Shown here piece by piece: positions 10,713 to 21,285 of a stretch of DNA of 64,000 bases. The stretch is from an uncultured beta proteobacterium (GTDB lineage Bacteria; Pseudomonadota; Gammaproteobacteria; Burkholderiales; Burkholderiaceae_C). The DNA lies in NCBI GenBank assembly GCA_903938815.1, contig CAJAES010000027.1:1324-65323 (forward strand). The letters are read 5' to 3'. Under the pieces are notes generated by a model that worked only from the letters and a program-made list of their open reading frames with translations, was not told where the DNA came from and ran no database searches. Positions within the stretch are counted from its first letter, which is position 1. Each line of letters starts with the position of its first letter. The translations under genes were made by a program, and so were the position numbers.

Positions 10713-11747
10713 TCACTCGTGGGCCAGTTGAATGATCAGCTTGCCGAAGTTACCGCCCTTCAGCAAGCCGATGAAGGCCTCGGGTGCGTTCTCCAGACCG
10801 AAGACGATGTCCTCCCGGACCTTGACCCTGCCTTCCTGCACCCACGCGCCCATGGCGCCGGCGAACTCGCTCCAGCGCGGCCCGTAGTCGTCGAAGACGA
10901 TGAATCCCTGCATCCGGATGCGCTTGCGCAGCAGGGTGCCCGCCAGCAGGCCCAGCCGGTCCGGCCCCGGGGGCAAGGCGCTTGCGTTGTAGCCCGAGAT
11001 CAGCCCGCACACCGGAATGCGGGCCTGGGTGTTGAGCAGCGGAAGCACGGCGTCGAAGACCGGCCCGCCCACATTCTCGAAGTACACGTCGATGCCTTTC
11101 GGGCATGCGGCCGCCAGGCGGCCGGGCAGGTCGTCGGCGTGATGGTCGACACAGAAGTCGAAACCCAGTTCCTCGACCACGTAGCCGCACTTGTCCACGC
11201 CGCCGGCGATGCCCACCACCGTGCAGCCCTTGATCTTTGCGACCTGGCCCACCACCGAGCCCACCGCGCCGCTGGCCGCTGCGACGACGACGGTCTCTCC
11301 GGCCACCGGGCGCCCGATGTCCAGCAGCCCCATGTAGGCCGTGAAGCCCGGCATGCCCAGAACGCCGAGCGCGCGCGAGGGGTGCGGCTCGTCCGGATAC
11401 AGCGCCGTGAGGCCCGTGCCATCGGACAGCGCGTAGTCCTGCCATCCGGCGTAGCCGGCCACGAGCGCGCCGACCTTGAAGTCTGCGTGCCGTGACGCCT
11501 GCACGCGGGACACCGTGCCGCCCACCATCACGTCGCCGATGGCCACCGGCGCCGCATACGAGGGGCCGTCGCTCATCCGCCCGCGCATGTAGGGGTCCAG
11601 CGACAGGTACAGGGTCCGCAGCAGCACCTGTCCGTCCTCGGGCCGCGGCACCGGCACATGCTCCAGGCGGAAATCCCCGGAGGTCGGCGCGCCGTGGGGC
11701 CGGCCGTTCAGGACGATCCTGCGATTGATGGTGGTGTTCTGCGACAT
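10713..11747 (-). CDS. NADP-dependent oxidoreductase, MDR family (YncB/CurA/alkenal reductase-like)
   Basis: ATG at 11747 (MSQNTTINRRIVLNGRPHGAPTSGDFRLEHVPVP). Rossmann motif AAASGAVGSVVGQVAK. C-terminal NFGKLIIQ. Confidence 0.85.
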   Translation of the reverse strand: MSQNTTINRRIVLNGRPHGAPTSGDFRLEHVPVPRPEDGQVLLRTLYLSLDPYMRGRMSDGPSYAAPVAIGDVMVGGTVSRVQASRHADFKVGALVAGYAGWQDYALSDGTGLTALYPDEPHPSRALGVLGMPGFTAYMGLLDIGRPVAGETVVVAAASGAVGSVVGQVAKIKGCTVVGIAGGVDKCGYVVEELGFDFCVDHHADDLPGRLAAACPKGIDVYFENVGGPVFDAVLPLLNTQARIPVCGLISGYNASALPPGPDRLGLLAGTLLRKRIRMQGFIVFDDYGPRWSEFAGAMGAWVQEGRVKVREDIVFGLENAPEAFIGLLKGGNFGKLIIQLAHE

Positions 11748-12074
11748 GGACGAGTCTCTTCCGGGTTGAACAAGCAGCTTCGGGGCCCTGACCTGCGGGT
11801 CGAACCGGGAATGTGCCGTGCTGCGGCCGCGACTGCTTCGCCTGCAGGGCTGCTTTACACGCTTGCGGTCGGGCCGGGTCAAGGGCTGTCGCCAGCCTAG
11901 GCCAGGCGCGTCCGGGCATCGGTGCGGTAGACGACACCCAGGATTCGGCTGCGTGCGCCTTCGAACAGACCCACCCGAACCCGACGCGCAGGCTGCACCT
12001 CACTGCTACCCCAGGCCCGCCCGCCGCGTGACTCCGCGCTGCGGGCGGGCTGCCCGTTCCAAGGAGTCCACCCG

Positions 12075-13151
12075 ATGCTCTTCGACCGCTTTTCCGCCCG
12101 CTCCCTTCAACTCGCCAACCGCACCGTGATGGCGCCCCTCACGCGCAGCCGGGCCACGCCCGGGCACATGCCGAATGCGTTGATGGCCACCTACTACGGG
12201 CAACGCGCCACCGCCGGCCTGATCATCACCGAGGGCACTTCGCCCAGCCCCAACGGCCTGGGCTACCCACGCATTCCCGGGCTCTTCGACGCGGCGCAGG
12301 CCGAGGCCTGGAAAGCCACCACCGCGGCCGTGCACGCGCAGGGCGGCAAGATCTTCGTGCAGCTGATGCACTGCGGCCGTGTCGCGAACGTCGGCAACCT
12401 GCCGGCCGGCGCCGAAGTGCTTGGGCCCAGCCCGTCCGTCTGCCCGGGCGAGATGTACACCGACGCGCAGGGCATGCAACCCCACAGCCCGCCGCGCGAG
12501 ATGACCGAGGCCGACATCGCGCAAGCGGTCGCGGAGCACGTTGCCGCAGCCAGGCTGGCATTGGACGCGGGCTTCGACGGCGTCGAACTGCACGCCGCCA
12601 ACGGCTACCTGATGGAGCAGTTCCTGAACCCGCTAATCAACCAGCGCACCGATCTTCACGGCGGGAGCATCGAAGGCCGCAACCTGCTGGCGCTGGAGAT
12701 CGCCAAGGCCACCGTCACCGCCATCGGGCGCGACCGGGTCGGCATGCGTGTCTCGCCCTACGGCGTCTTCAACGGCACCGGCGAATTCCCCGAGGTTCAG
12801 GTGCAGTACCTGACGCTGGCCCGATCGCTCTCGGCGCTAGGACTGCTTTACCTCCACCTGGTCGATCACTCGTCCATGGGCGCGCCGCCTCTTCCCGCGG
12901 ACTTCAAGCCCCAGCTGCGGACGGCCTTCGACGGCCTGTTCATCCTGTCCGGGGGCTTCGACCACGCCAGCGCCGAACAGGCCCTGCAAGACAGGCGAGG
13001 TGACCTGATCGCATTCGGGCGGCCCTTCCTGGCCAACCCCGACCTCGTCGCCCGCATGCGGCAGGACGCGTCGCTCAATGCCCCGGACATGGCGACCTTC
13101 TACACACCGGGCGCCAAGGGCTACACCGACTATCCCGCGCTGGCCGCCTGA
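12075..13151 (+). CDS. Old Yellow Enzyme family alkene reductase (NemA-like FMN oxidoreductase)
   Basis: AAGGAG SD. MLFDRFSARSLQLANRTVMAPLTRSRA...ATYYGQRATAGLIITEGT...QLMHCGRV...HAANGYLMEQFL are canonical OYE motifs. Confidence 0.9.
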   Translation: MLFDRFSARSLQLANRTVMAPLTRSRATPGHMPNALMATYYGQRATAGLIITEGTSPSPNGLGYPRIPGLFDAAQAEAWKATTAAVHAQGGKIFVQLMHCGRVANVGNLPAGAEVLGPSPSVCPGEMYTDAQGMQPHSPPREMTEADIAQAVAEHVAAARLALDAGFDGVELHAANGYLMEQFLNPLINQRTDLHGGSIEGRNLLALEIAKATVTAIGRDRVGMRVSPYGVFNGTGEFPEVQVQYLTLARSLSALGLLYLHLVDHSSMGAPPLPADFKPQLRTAFDGLFILSGGFDHASAEQALQDRRGDLIAFGRPFLANPDLVARMRQDASLNAPDMATFYTPGAKGYTDYPALAA

Positions 13152-13181
13152 TCCACGAATCCCCGAAGGACTTCTCCCCCC

Positions 13182-14564
13182 ATGGCCTACCAAAGCGTCA
13201 ACCCCAACGACGGCAAGCTGCTCGCGAGCTTCGAGCACATGAGCGACGCGCAACTCGAACACGCGCTGGCAACGGCCGACGAGTGCTTCCAGACCTGGAA
13301 ACACAAGAGCTACGCCGAGCGCGCGGCCGTCCTGGACAAGGCCGCAGCACTGCTCCACACCCATGTCGATGACTTCGCGAAGCTGGCGACACTGGAGATG
13401 GGCAAGCGCATCGCCGAGTCGCGCAGCGAGGTGAGTTTCAGCGGCGACATCCTGGGCTACTACGCCCGGCACGCCGAGTCGTTTCTCGCACCCGAGAAGC
13501 TGAACCCCCAGGTGGTTGGCGCCCACATGGAGAGCTCGCCCACCGGCGTGCTGTTCTGTGTGGAGCCCTGGAACTTTCCCTACTACCAGCTCGCCCGCGT
13601 GGTCGGCGCGCAGTTGATGGCGGGCAATGTGCTGGTGGTCAAGCACGCCGGCTGCGTGCCGCAATGCGCCATCGCCTTCGAGAAGCTGCTGCTCGACGCC
13701 GGCGCGCCGGCCGGGCTCTACACGAACCTGCTCATCTCCTACGAGCAGTCCGACCGCGTGATCGACGACCCGCGCGTCAGGGGCGTTGCCCTGACGGGCG
13801 GTGTCGCAGCCGGCCGCCGGGTGGCCGCGCGCGCCGGCCAGAACCTGAAGAAGTCCACCATGGAACTCGGCGGCACGGACGCCTTCATCGTGCTCGACGA
13901 CGCTGACCTCGCCCAGGCGATTCCGTGGGCCGTGTGGGGCCGCATGTTCAACGCCGGCCAGACCTGCTGCGCCGCCAAGCGCTTCATCGTCATGGATGCC
14001 ATCGCGGACCGGTTCCTGGCCGAGTTCACGGCGGCGCTCAAGGCCTTGAAGCCTGGCGACCCGATGGACGAGGCCACCACGCTCGGCCCGCTCTCGACCG
14101 AAGGCGCTCTGGTGCAGTTGCTGGCGCAGGTCGACGCCGCCGTCGAGGGCGGCGCCACGTTGCTGATGGGCGGCAGGCGCATGGACCGCCCCGGTGCACT
14201 CATGGAGGCGACGATCCTCGCAGACATCGCACCGGGAAACCCCGCGTTCCGCGACGAGTTCTTCGGCCCGGTGGTGTCCTTCTACCGCGTCAAGAACGAG
14301 GACGAAGCCATCGCGCTGGCCAACGATTCCGATTTCGGCCTGGGCGGGTCGGTGTGGACCCAGGACGAGGCGCGTGGCCTTCGCGTGGCGCGCCGCGTCG
14401 ATGCCGGGATGCTGTTCGTCAACAACCTCGACTGGGTCGATCCCGAACTCCCGTTCGGCGGCATCAAGTACTCCGGCTACGGCCGCGAGCTGGGCCGCAT
14501 GGGCATCCAGGAATTCGTCAACAAGAAGCTCGTTCGCACCGGGCACATCGCCGCGCCCGGCTGA
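13182..14564 (+). CDS. NAD(P)-dependent aldehyde dehydrogenase (succinate-semialdehyde dehydrogenase-like)
   Basis: 460 aa. Catalytic MELGGTDAF (Glu) and FNAGQTCCAAKR (Cys) motifs. The C-terminal GGIKYSGYGRE is typical of ALDH. Confidence 0.9.
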   Translation: MAYQSVNPNDGKLLASFEHMSDAQLEHALATADECFQTWKHKSYAERAAVLDKAAALLHTHVDDFAKLATLEMGKRIAESRSEVSFSGDILGYYARHAESFLAPEKLNPQVVGAHMESSPTGVLFCVEPWNFPYYQLARVVGAQLMAGNVLVVKHAGCVPQCAIAFEKLLLDAGAPAGLYTNLLISYEQSDRVIDDPRVRGVALTGGVAAGRRVAARAGQNLKKSTMELGGTDAFIVLDDADLAQAIPWAVWGRMFNAGQTCCAAKRFIVMDAIADRFLAEFTAALKALKPGDPMDEATTLGPLSTEGALVQLLAQVDAAVEGGATLLMGGRRMDRPGALMEATILADIAPGNPAFRDEFFGPVVSFYRVKNEDEAIALANDSDFGLGGSVWTQDEARGLRVARRVDAGMLFVNNLDWVDPELPFGGIKYSGYGRELGRMGIQEFVNKKLVRTGHIAAPG

Positions 14565-14773
14565 CTCCACAGTCGATGAACGCCCTGCAGCGCGTGTAAG
14601 GTCTTGGAGGCATCGAAGCCTGGCAGAAGTGTCGGCGCATCAACCCTCGGTGCGGCGAGTTCATTTCACCCGCAATGTGCCGCCGATCGGCTTCGGCCAG
14701 CTGCACCCCGGCCAAGCCTGATCGAGTACTCGACCTGATGACATCTTGATACAACTCATGGTCAGATCCGGTC

Positions 14774-15910
<1,137 letters not shown>

Positions 15911-16401
15911 ACTTCCGGGATCTTGAATCAGATGGACGCGGGCAAGGGTCGGCGGGCCGGCGCCAGGTTTTCAGTGGCTCATGCGGATGCAGCAGTCAAG
16001 CGGCCCGCCCGAAGCCGACGCGACAGGCCACTCCCACATCCACAGACCCAGCAGACCGACCGCTCGCCGGTGACCGCGAGCGGGCGGTTCAGCGGCACAG
16101 TCGGCTGAGGCGTGACCAAGGGCTCAAGGATCGAGGGCCAATGGGGCAGCGCCGGGCTCGGGAACTACGGCAGCCATCACGCCACGCGCAACTTCTCGAT
16201 CACGCGAACGTAGCTGGCGGGTGCGCGCGAGGGCATCTTCCCGGTCATTGGCCGAAGCCTGACAGCCGACAGAGACGCGGGTGTGCAGATGTTCGCCAAC
16301 ATGGGCTGCCACTTGGCGTGCGGACAGGAGACCCGCAGGAGCAACTGCAACGGTGCTCGTCGACCTGGCAATCCACCGGGCGGTCTTCCTGAGTTGCGCG
16401 C

Positions 16402-17688
16402 CTAGGGTACGAAGCCGTCGGTCAGCGTGCGCAGGAAGGCTGTCAGGTCCTGCACGTCCTGCGCGCTCAGCCGCGGTGCCTGGCCGGGCTGCAGGCCGAA
16501 TGGCGGCTGCTGGTTGACGTTGCCACGATAGGCCACGGGCAGGTCGTTGAACTTGTCGACCGCGCCGTCCACCACCGGGTACCAGCGCGCGGGGTCGATG
16601 TCGCGCGTGGCATAGAAGGACACCGCGTCCTGCAGCGTCGCCACCGCACCGTTGTGAAAGTAGGGTGCGGTCAGCGCCACGTTGCGCAGCGTCGGCACCT
16701 TGAACTGTCCGCACAGGTCCGTCCGGTTGGATAGGTCCGTGCGCACCGGGCCGCATAGGCCCATGTCCATGAACAGCGGGTCGGCGGTCGCCGAACTGCT
16801 GTTGCGCGGAACACCCAGCGCGAAGTAGCCGAAGTTGGTGAACAGCGCACGCGTCTGCCCGGCCGGCGGCGTGCTGCTGTGGCAGCTGGCGCAGTTGCCT
16901 CGTTGCGGGCTGTTGAACAGGCTCAGGCCGCGAGCTTCCTGTGCGGTGAAGCTGGCGCGGCCGTCCTGCACGGCGTCGAACTTGCTGGTAAAGAGCTGGT
17001 AGTCCTGATCGCCGGCCTGGTAGGACTGCAGCGCCCCCTGCAGCGCCTCCAGCACCTGTGCATCGCTGGCCGCGGCATCCAGGCCCGAGGCGGACAGCAG
17101 TTGCGCCAGGTAGGGCAGCGAGCGCACGCGGGCCACCACGGCGGCGCTGCTGGCGTGGGCCATTTCATTGGCGGCCAGGAGCGGGCCCAGGGCCTGGGCC
17201 GCGCGGCTGTCGGCCCGGCCGTCCCAGGTGAATCCGCCTGCGGGGCGGCCCTGGTTGTCGAAAGCGAAGCCGCGGTTGTCGTTCAGGTAGTCGAGCGTTG
17301 GCGAGCTGCGCAGGCCTTGCTGGTCGAGCGCCGGGCCGCCGAGCGGCAGGAACACGCCATCGGCGTCGGCATGGCCACGTGTCTGCACATGGCAGCTGGC
17401 GCAGGCCAGGTTGCCGCCAGCCGACAGGCGTGTGTCGTGGAACAGGAGGTCTCCCACGGCCACGCGAGCGGCCTCGGTAGCGGCGGAGCTGCCGTCCTGG
17501 ACGATCGTGGTGGGGTCCGTGGGGCCCGTGGTGTCGGTGGAGTCGGCCGGGCTGCCGTCGCCGCAGGCAGCCAGCAGGGCGGCAAGAAGCGAGGCCAGCA
17601 GGGCGGAACGACCGGTGGAATGAAGGGTGGCAAGCAGGCTTGGCGCGGCCGGGGTCGTGGACGGGCGAGTGCTTCTCTGGGTGTTCAT
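16402..17688 (-). CDS. Di-haem cytochrome c peroxidase family lipoprotein
   Basis: ATG at 17688 (MNTQRSTRPS...LLAALLAACGDG lipobox). Two CxxCH motifs (CASCH twice). CCP/MauG-family signature PTLRNVALTAPYFHNG. Confidence 0.85.
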   Translation of the reverse strand: MNTQRSTRPSTTPAAPSLLATLHSTGRSALLASLLAALLAACGDGSPADSTDTTGPTDPTTIVQDGSSAATEAARVAVGDLLFHDTRLSAGGNLACASCHVQTRGHADADGVFLPLGGPALDQQGLRSSPTLDYLNDNRGFAFDNQGRPAGGFTWDGRADSRAAQALGPLLAANEMAHASSAAVVARVRSLPYLAQLLSASGLDAAASDAQVLEALQGALQSYQAGDQDYQLFTSKFDAVQDGRASFTAQEARGLSLFNSPQRGNCASCHSSTPPAGQTRALFTNFGYFALGVPRNSSSATADPLFMDMGLCGPVRTDLSNRTDLCGQFKVPTLRNVALTAPYFHNGAVATLQDAVSFYATRDIDPARWYPVVDGAVDKFNDLPVAYRGNVNQQPPFGLQPGQAPRLSAQDVQDLTAFLRTLTDGFVP

Positions 17689-17810
17689 GGACGGGTGCCT
17701 GGGGTGCTGCAATGGCGCCACGATGGCAGCTGAACACGCAGCCATCGTGGAGACACTGTGGAGGGAGCCTCCGCAATTGCCGGCAGGCCGGCGGCTACGA
17801 TCGCGATGAG

Positions 17811-19304
17811 ATGCCACCTGCCGAACCGCACCGCCTGCGACTGTCGCTCGTCTTCCAGCTGGGTTTGCTGCTGGTCGGCGCGGTGCTGCTGGCCGTGACG
17901 GTACTGGGCGCTGCGGTGGCCCTGAACCTGCGCGCCGGATTCAGCGACTACCTTCGCGCTCAGGACGAGCATTGGCTGGACCGTTTCGCCGAGGTGGCCG
18001 CTGCTGCCGTGACCGAACGCGGCTTGGCCGCCTTGACGGGTTCGCCGGGAGCCCTGCGGCCGCTTTTCGAGGCCGTGGCACCCGCGGACGGCTCGGCGCC
18101 GCACCCCGGCCCCGGTGGTCCGAGTGGGTTGGCCGGGCCGGGCGGACCGGGCGGGCCCCCACACCTTCCCGGTCCTGGTGGCCGGCCACCCCCGGGCGCC
18201 CTGCGCACGCCCGAGCGGCTGAGCCTGGTCGACCCTGGGGGCCGGCCCCTGTCGGGGCGCCCGCTGGCGCCGCAGGACGTCTCTGCCGAGCGGCCCATCG
18301 TCGTGGGTGGCCACACGGTGGCTCAGGCCCGGCTGGCGCGCGTGGCCTTTGCAACGGCGGATGTGGACGCGGCCTTCCTGGCGCGCCAGTATCGCGGCAT
18401 CGTGCAGACGGCGCTGCTGCTGACGCTGCTGGCAACGGTCGGCGCGGTGTGGGTCGGCCGGCGCTGGCTGCGGCCCGTGCGCGACGTGCAGCACGCAGCG
18501 CGCCGCGTGGCGCAGGGCGCTTTCGATGTGCGCCTCGCGCCGCATGGCAACGACGAGTTGGCCGACCTGTCACGCGACATCAACGCCATGGCCACTTCGC
18601 TGCAGCAGCTGGAAGCCAGCCGCCGGCGCTGGATGGCCGAGTTGTCCCACGAAATGCGCACACCGCTGGCGGTGCTGCGCGGCGAGGTGGAGGCGCTGGT
18701 GGACGGCATGCGCCCGCTGACCGCGGCGGCCATGCTGTCGCTGCAGGAAGAGGCGTCACGCGTGACGCGGCTGGTGGAGGACTTCCACCAGCTGGCGCTT
18801 TCCGACCTGCGCGCCCTGCCTTGCAGCTTCGCCCCCGTGCAGCCGGCCGCCCTGCTGCGTGACGCGCTGGCGCGGGTGCAGCCGCGCGCGGCGTCAGCGG
18901 GCTTGCACCTGGATCTGGACGAAGCTGGCGCGCCGCCGCTCGCGCACTGGGACCCCCAGCGCATCGGGCAGCTGCTGTCCAACCTGCTGGAAAACAGCCT
19001 GCGCTATACCGACGCGCCGGGCCGTGTCGTGGTGCAACTGCGGCTCGACGGCGCGGGCAGGGCGGTCCTGTGCGTTGACGACAGTGCGCCTGGCGTGCCC
19101 GCCGGCGACCATGCGCGCCTGTTCGAGCCGCTGTACCGCGTGGACGCCTCGCGCAGCCGGCGCCTGGGTGGCAGCGGTCTGGGTCTTGCCATCTGCCGCG
19201 CGATAGTGCGCAGCCATGGCGGGCACATCGAGGCCGGCGCTTCACCGCTGGGCGGCGTGCGCGTGGTGGTCACGCTACCGCTGCAGCCTGAGGGTGGCGC
19301 ATGA
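17811..19304 (+). CDS. Sensor histidine kinase (BaeS/CpxA-like architecture)
   Basis: ATG at 17811. Two TM segments flank a periplasmic region. H-box ELSHEMRTPLAVL, N-box NLLENSLRYT, G-boxes DDSAPGV and GGSGLGLAI. Confidence 0.85.
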   Translation: MPPAEPHRLRLSLVFQLGLLLVGAVLLAVTVLGAAVALNLRAGFSDYLRAQDEHWLDRFAEVAAAAVTERGLAALTGSPGALRPLFEAVAPADGSAPHPGPGGPSGLAGPGGPGGPPHLPGPGGRPPPGALRTPERLSLVDPGGRPLSGRPLAPQDVSAERPIVVGGHTVAQARLARVAFATADVDAAFLARQYRGIVQTALLLTLLATVGAVWVGRRWLRPVRDVQHAARRVAQGAFDVRLAPHGNDELADLSRDINAMATSLQQLEASRRRWMAELSHEMRTPLAVLRGEVEALVDGMRPLTAAAMLSLQEEASRVTRLVEDFHQLALSDLRALPCSFAPVQPAALLRDALARVQPRAASAGLHLDLDEAGAPPLAHWDPQRIGQLLSNLLENSLRYTDAPGRVVVQLRLDGAGRAVLCVDDSAPGVPAGDHARLFEPLYRVDASRSRRLGGSGLGLAICRAIVRSHGGHIEAGASPLGGVRVVVTLPLQPEGGA

Positions 19305-20029
19305 ATGTCGGGCCTCGGGTGCTGGTGGTCGAAGACGAGGTCAAGCTGGCGGCGCTGCTGTGCGAGTACCTGCGCGCCGCGGGCTACGAACCCCGCGTGG
19401 CGGAGGACGGCCCCTCGGCGCTTCAGTCCGTTGCAGCCGAGCCCCCCGCGGCCGTGCTGCTCGACCTGAACCTGCCCGGCCTGGACGGCATGGAGGTGTG
19501 CCGCCGGATCCGCCGTGACTCGGCCGTGCCCATCCTGATGCTGACGGCCCGGGCCGACGAAATCGACCGCATCCTGGGCCTGGAGATCGGCGCCGACGAC
19601 TACCTCTGCAAGCCGTACAGCCCGCGCGAGGTGGTGGCCCGCGTGCGTGCCTTGCTGCGGCGTTCCCAGGGCCGGATGACGGGAGTTGCCGCCGCGCCGG
19701 GCCCGGAGCTGGGCGGTTTTGCCGTGGACGATGCTGGCCAGCGTGCCTGGTGGCGCGGTCGGGTGCTGCCGCTCACGCCGATCGAATGGCGCCTGCTGCG
19801 CACGCTGATGCAGCAGCCTGGGCGCGTGTATTCCCGTGCGCAATTGCTGGACGCCATCCACGCCGACTTTCGCGATGTGAGCGACCGCGCGGTGGACAGC
19901 CACGTGAAGAACCTGCGCCGCAAGCTGCAGGCAGCGGTGCCGGGGGGCGATTGCATTGCAAGCGTGTATGGCGTGGGTTACCGCCTGGACCTCCCGGCCG
20001 ACGAAGGCAGCGCCACAAGCGGCCTGTAG
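19301..20029 (+). CDS. OmpR-family response regulator (BaeR-like)
   Basis: ATGA overlap with the kinase gene. Receiver (VLVVEDE...LLDLNLPGLDG...ADDYLCKPYS) plus a winged-helix C-terminus (YGVGYRL). Confidence 0.9.
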   Translation: MNVGPRVLVVEDEVKLAALLCEYLRAAGYEPRVAEDGPSALQSVAAEPPAAVLLDLNLPGLDGMEVCRRIRRDSAVPILMLTARADEIDRILGLEIGADDYLCKPYSPREVVARVRALLRRSQGRMTGVAAAPGPELGGFAVDDAGQRAWWRGRVLPLTPIEWRLLRTLMQQPGRVYSRAQLLDAIHADFRDVSDRAVDSHVKNLRRKLQAAVPGGDCIASVYGVGYRLDLPADEGSATSGL

Positions 20030-20153
20030 TTCTTCATGCATTTCTGCAGGCCACACCTGGCCGCCAGATGTCACACCCGGGTGCCGGGCGAAGACTCCTG
20101 TGCGGGTTCCACGGGGGGTTGGCGCAGATCCCCCGGCGTGCCCACAGGAGAAC

Positions 20154-20241
20154 TGGCGGAAGCGGTGAGATTCGAACTCACGGGCCCTTGCGAGCCGCCG
20201 GTTTTCAAGACCGGTGCAATCGACCACTCTGCCACGCTTCC
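20154..20241 (-). tRNA. tRNA-Ser (anticodon UGA), class II with long variable arm, encoded CCA
   Basis: Minus strand reads GGAAGCGTGGCAGAGTGGTCGATTGCACCGGTCTTGAAAACCGGCGGCTCGCAAGGGCCCGTGAGTTCGAATCTCACCGCTTCCGCCA. It has a 7-bp acceptor stem, anticodon loop CTTGAAA and a T-loop GTTCGAATC. Confidence 0.9.
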
Positions 20242-20281
20242 GATGCAGAGCCGATTCTAGAGGCCGTGCAGCTGCCGCGCA

Positions 20282-20397
20282 CGCTTCACCGTTTGCCGTG
20301 CCGCAGCGCACGCTTCACCGTTTGCCGGGCCGCAGCGCCCGCTTCACCGTTTGCCGGGCCGCAGCGCCCGCTTCATCGCTTGCCGGGCCGCTGCGCC
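20282..20397. repeat. Four tandem copies of a 29-bp unit (CGCTTCACCGTTTGCCGGGCCGCAGCGCC), with a degenerate partial copy before it
   Basis: Units start at 20282, 20311, 20340 and 20369. Copies 2 and 3 are identical, and copy 4 is diverged and contains the apaH stop codon. Confidence 0.9.
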
Positions 20398-21209
20398 TGT
20401 TCGCAGGGCACCTGATGCAGCTCACGCCTGCCGCCGTCCACGCGCACCGCGGTGAGGGCGCCGCCCCAGAGGCAGCCGGTGTCGATGGCCAGCAGGTCGG
20501 GGCGGGCGATGAGGCCGAGCGTGCTCCAGTGGCCGAAAGCCATCGGCACGCCCGCCGTGCGGCGCGCCGGCTGCGCGAACCAGGGAGCGAAGCCCGGGGG
20601 CGCCGCGTCGGCGCCTTCCTTGGCGGCGAATTCAAGCTCGTTGTCGGCCGTGCAGAACCGGATGCGGGTCAGCACGTTGATCACGAAACGCCAGCGGTCC
20701 GCACCCGTCAGGCCCTCGTCCCAGGTGTCGGGCTGGTTGCCGTACATCACCTGCAGGAAGGCCGGCAGGTCGGGGCTGGCGAGCATGGCGCCCACCTCGG
20801 CGGCCAGCGCCAGGGTCTGCCCGGCGTCCCAGGCCGGCACGACGCCCGCGTGCACGCACAGCCAGCCTGCGCGCTGCAGCGCCAGCGGGCGGGTTCGCAC
20901 CCAGTCCAGCCATTCGGCGCGGTCCGGCGCCGACAGGATGTCGTCCAGCGTGTCGCTGCGATGCGCGCGCCGCACGCCGTGTGCCACCGCCAGCAGATGC
21001 AGGTCGTGGTTGCCCAGCAGGCAGCTGGCCGAATCGCCCAGCCCGCGCAGCCGGCGCAGCACCGCCAGGGACTCCGGGCCGCGGTTCACCAGGTCGCCCA
21101 GCAACACGATGTGGTCGCGCGAAGGCGAGTAACCGATGTCAGCCAGCAGCCTCCCCAACGCCGCGTCGCAGCCTTGTACATCCCCGATCAGGTAATCCAT
21201 GACGCGCAT
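20373..21209 (-). CDS. apaH: Symmetrical bis(5'-nucleosyl)-tetraphosphatase ApaH
   Basis: C-terminal 278 aa of track ORF 20373..21980 (MRVMDYLIGDVQGCDAALGRLL...LLGDLVNRGPESL...GNHDLHLL). These are metallophosphatase motifs typical of ApaH. The start is 21209 or 21200. Confidence 0.9.
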   Translation of the reverse strand: MRVMDYLIGDVQGCDAALGRLLADIGYSPSRDHIVLLGDLVNRGPESLAVLRRLRGLGDSASCLLGNHDLHLLAVAHGVRRAHRSDTLDDILSAPDRAEWLDWVRTRPLALQRAGWLCVHAGVVPAWDAGQTLALAAEVGAMLASPDLPAFLQVMYGNQPDTWDEGLTGADRWRFVINVLTRIRFCTADNELEFAAKEGADAAPPGFAPWFAQPARRTAGVPMAFGHWSTLGLIARPDLLAIDTGCLWGGALTAVRVDGGRRELHQVPCEQAQRPGKR

Positions 21210-21285
21210 TCTGAGGGCTCGATGGTGACCGTCTGTTAACCTGCGCGTCCCGCAACAGCGCCCGGCATTTCGAGCCGGGGCCCCG

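Noticed and set aside
16124-16756. Track ORFs in the 15911-16401 gap (16124..16756 -, 16141..16392 +, 16177..16371 -, 15923..16108 +).
   Set aside because: None has family resemblance, a credible SD or a clear GC3 signal. The 210-aa ORF mostly overlaps the peroxidase gene out of frame.
20030-20372. Genomic island integrated at tRNA-Ser.
   Set aside because: There is no integrase, no duplicated tRNA 3' end (att) and no compositional shift on either side. The flanking genes are ordinary housekeeping or two-component genes.
20253-20400. CRISPR-like appearance of the 29-bp direct repeats.
   Set aside because: The units are contiguous with no spacers, there are only four copies, and no cas genes are present. 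This is a plain tandem repeat.
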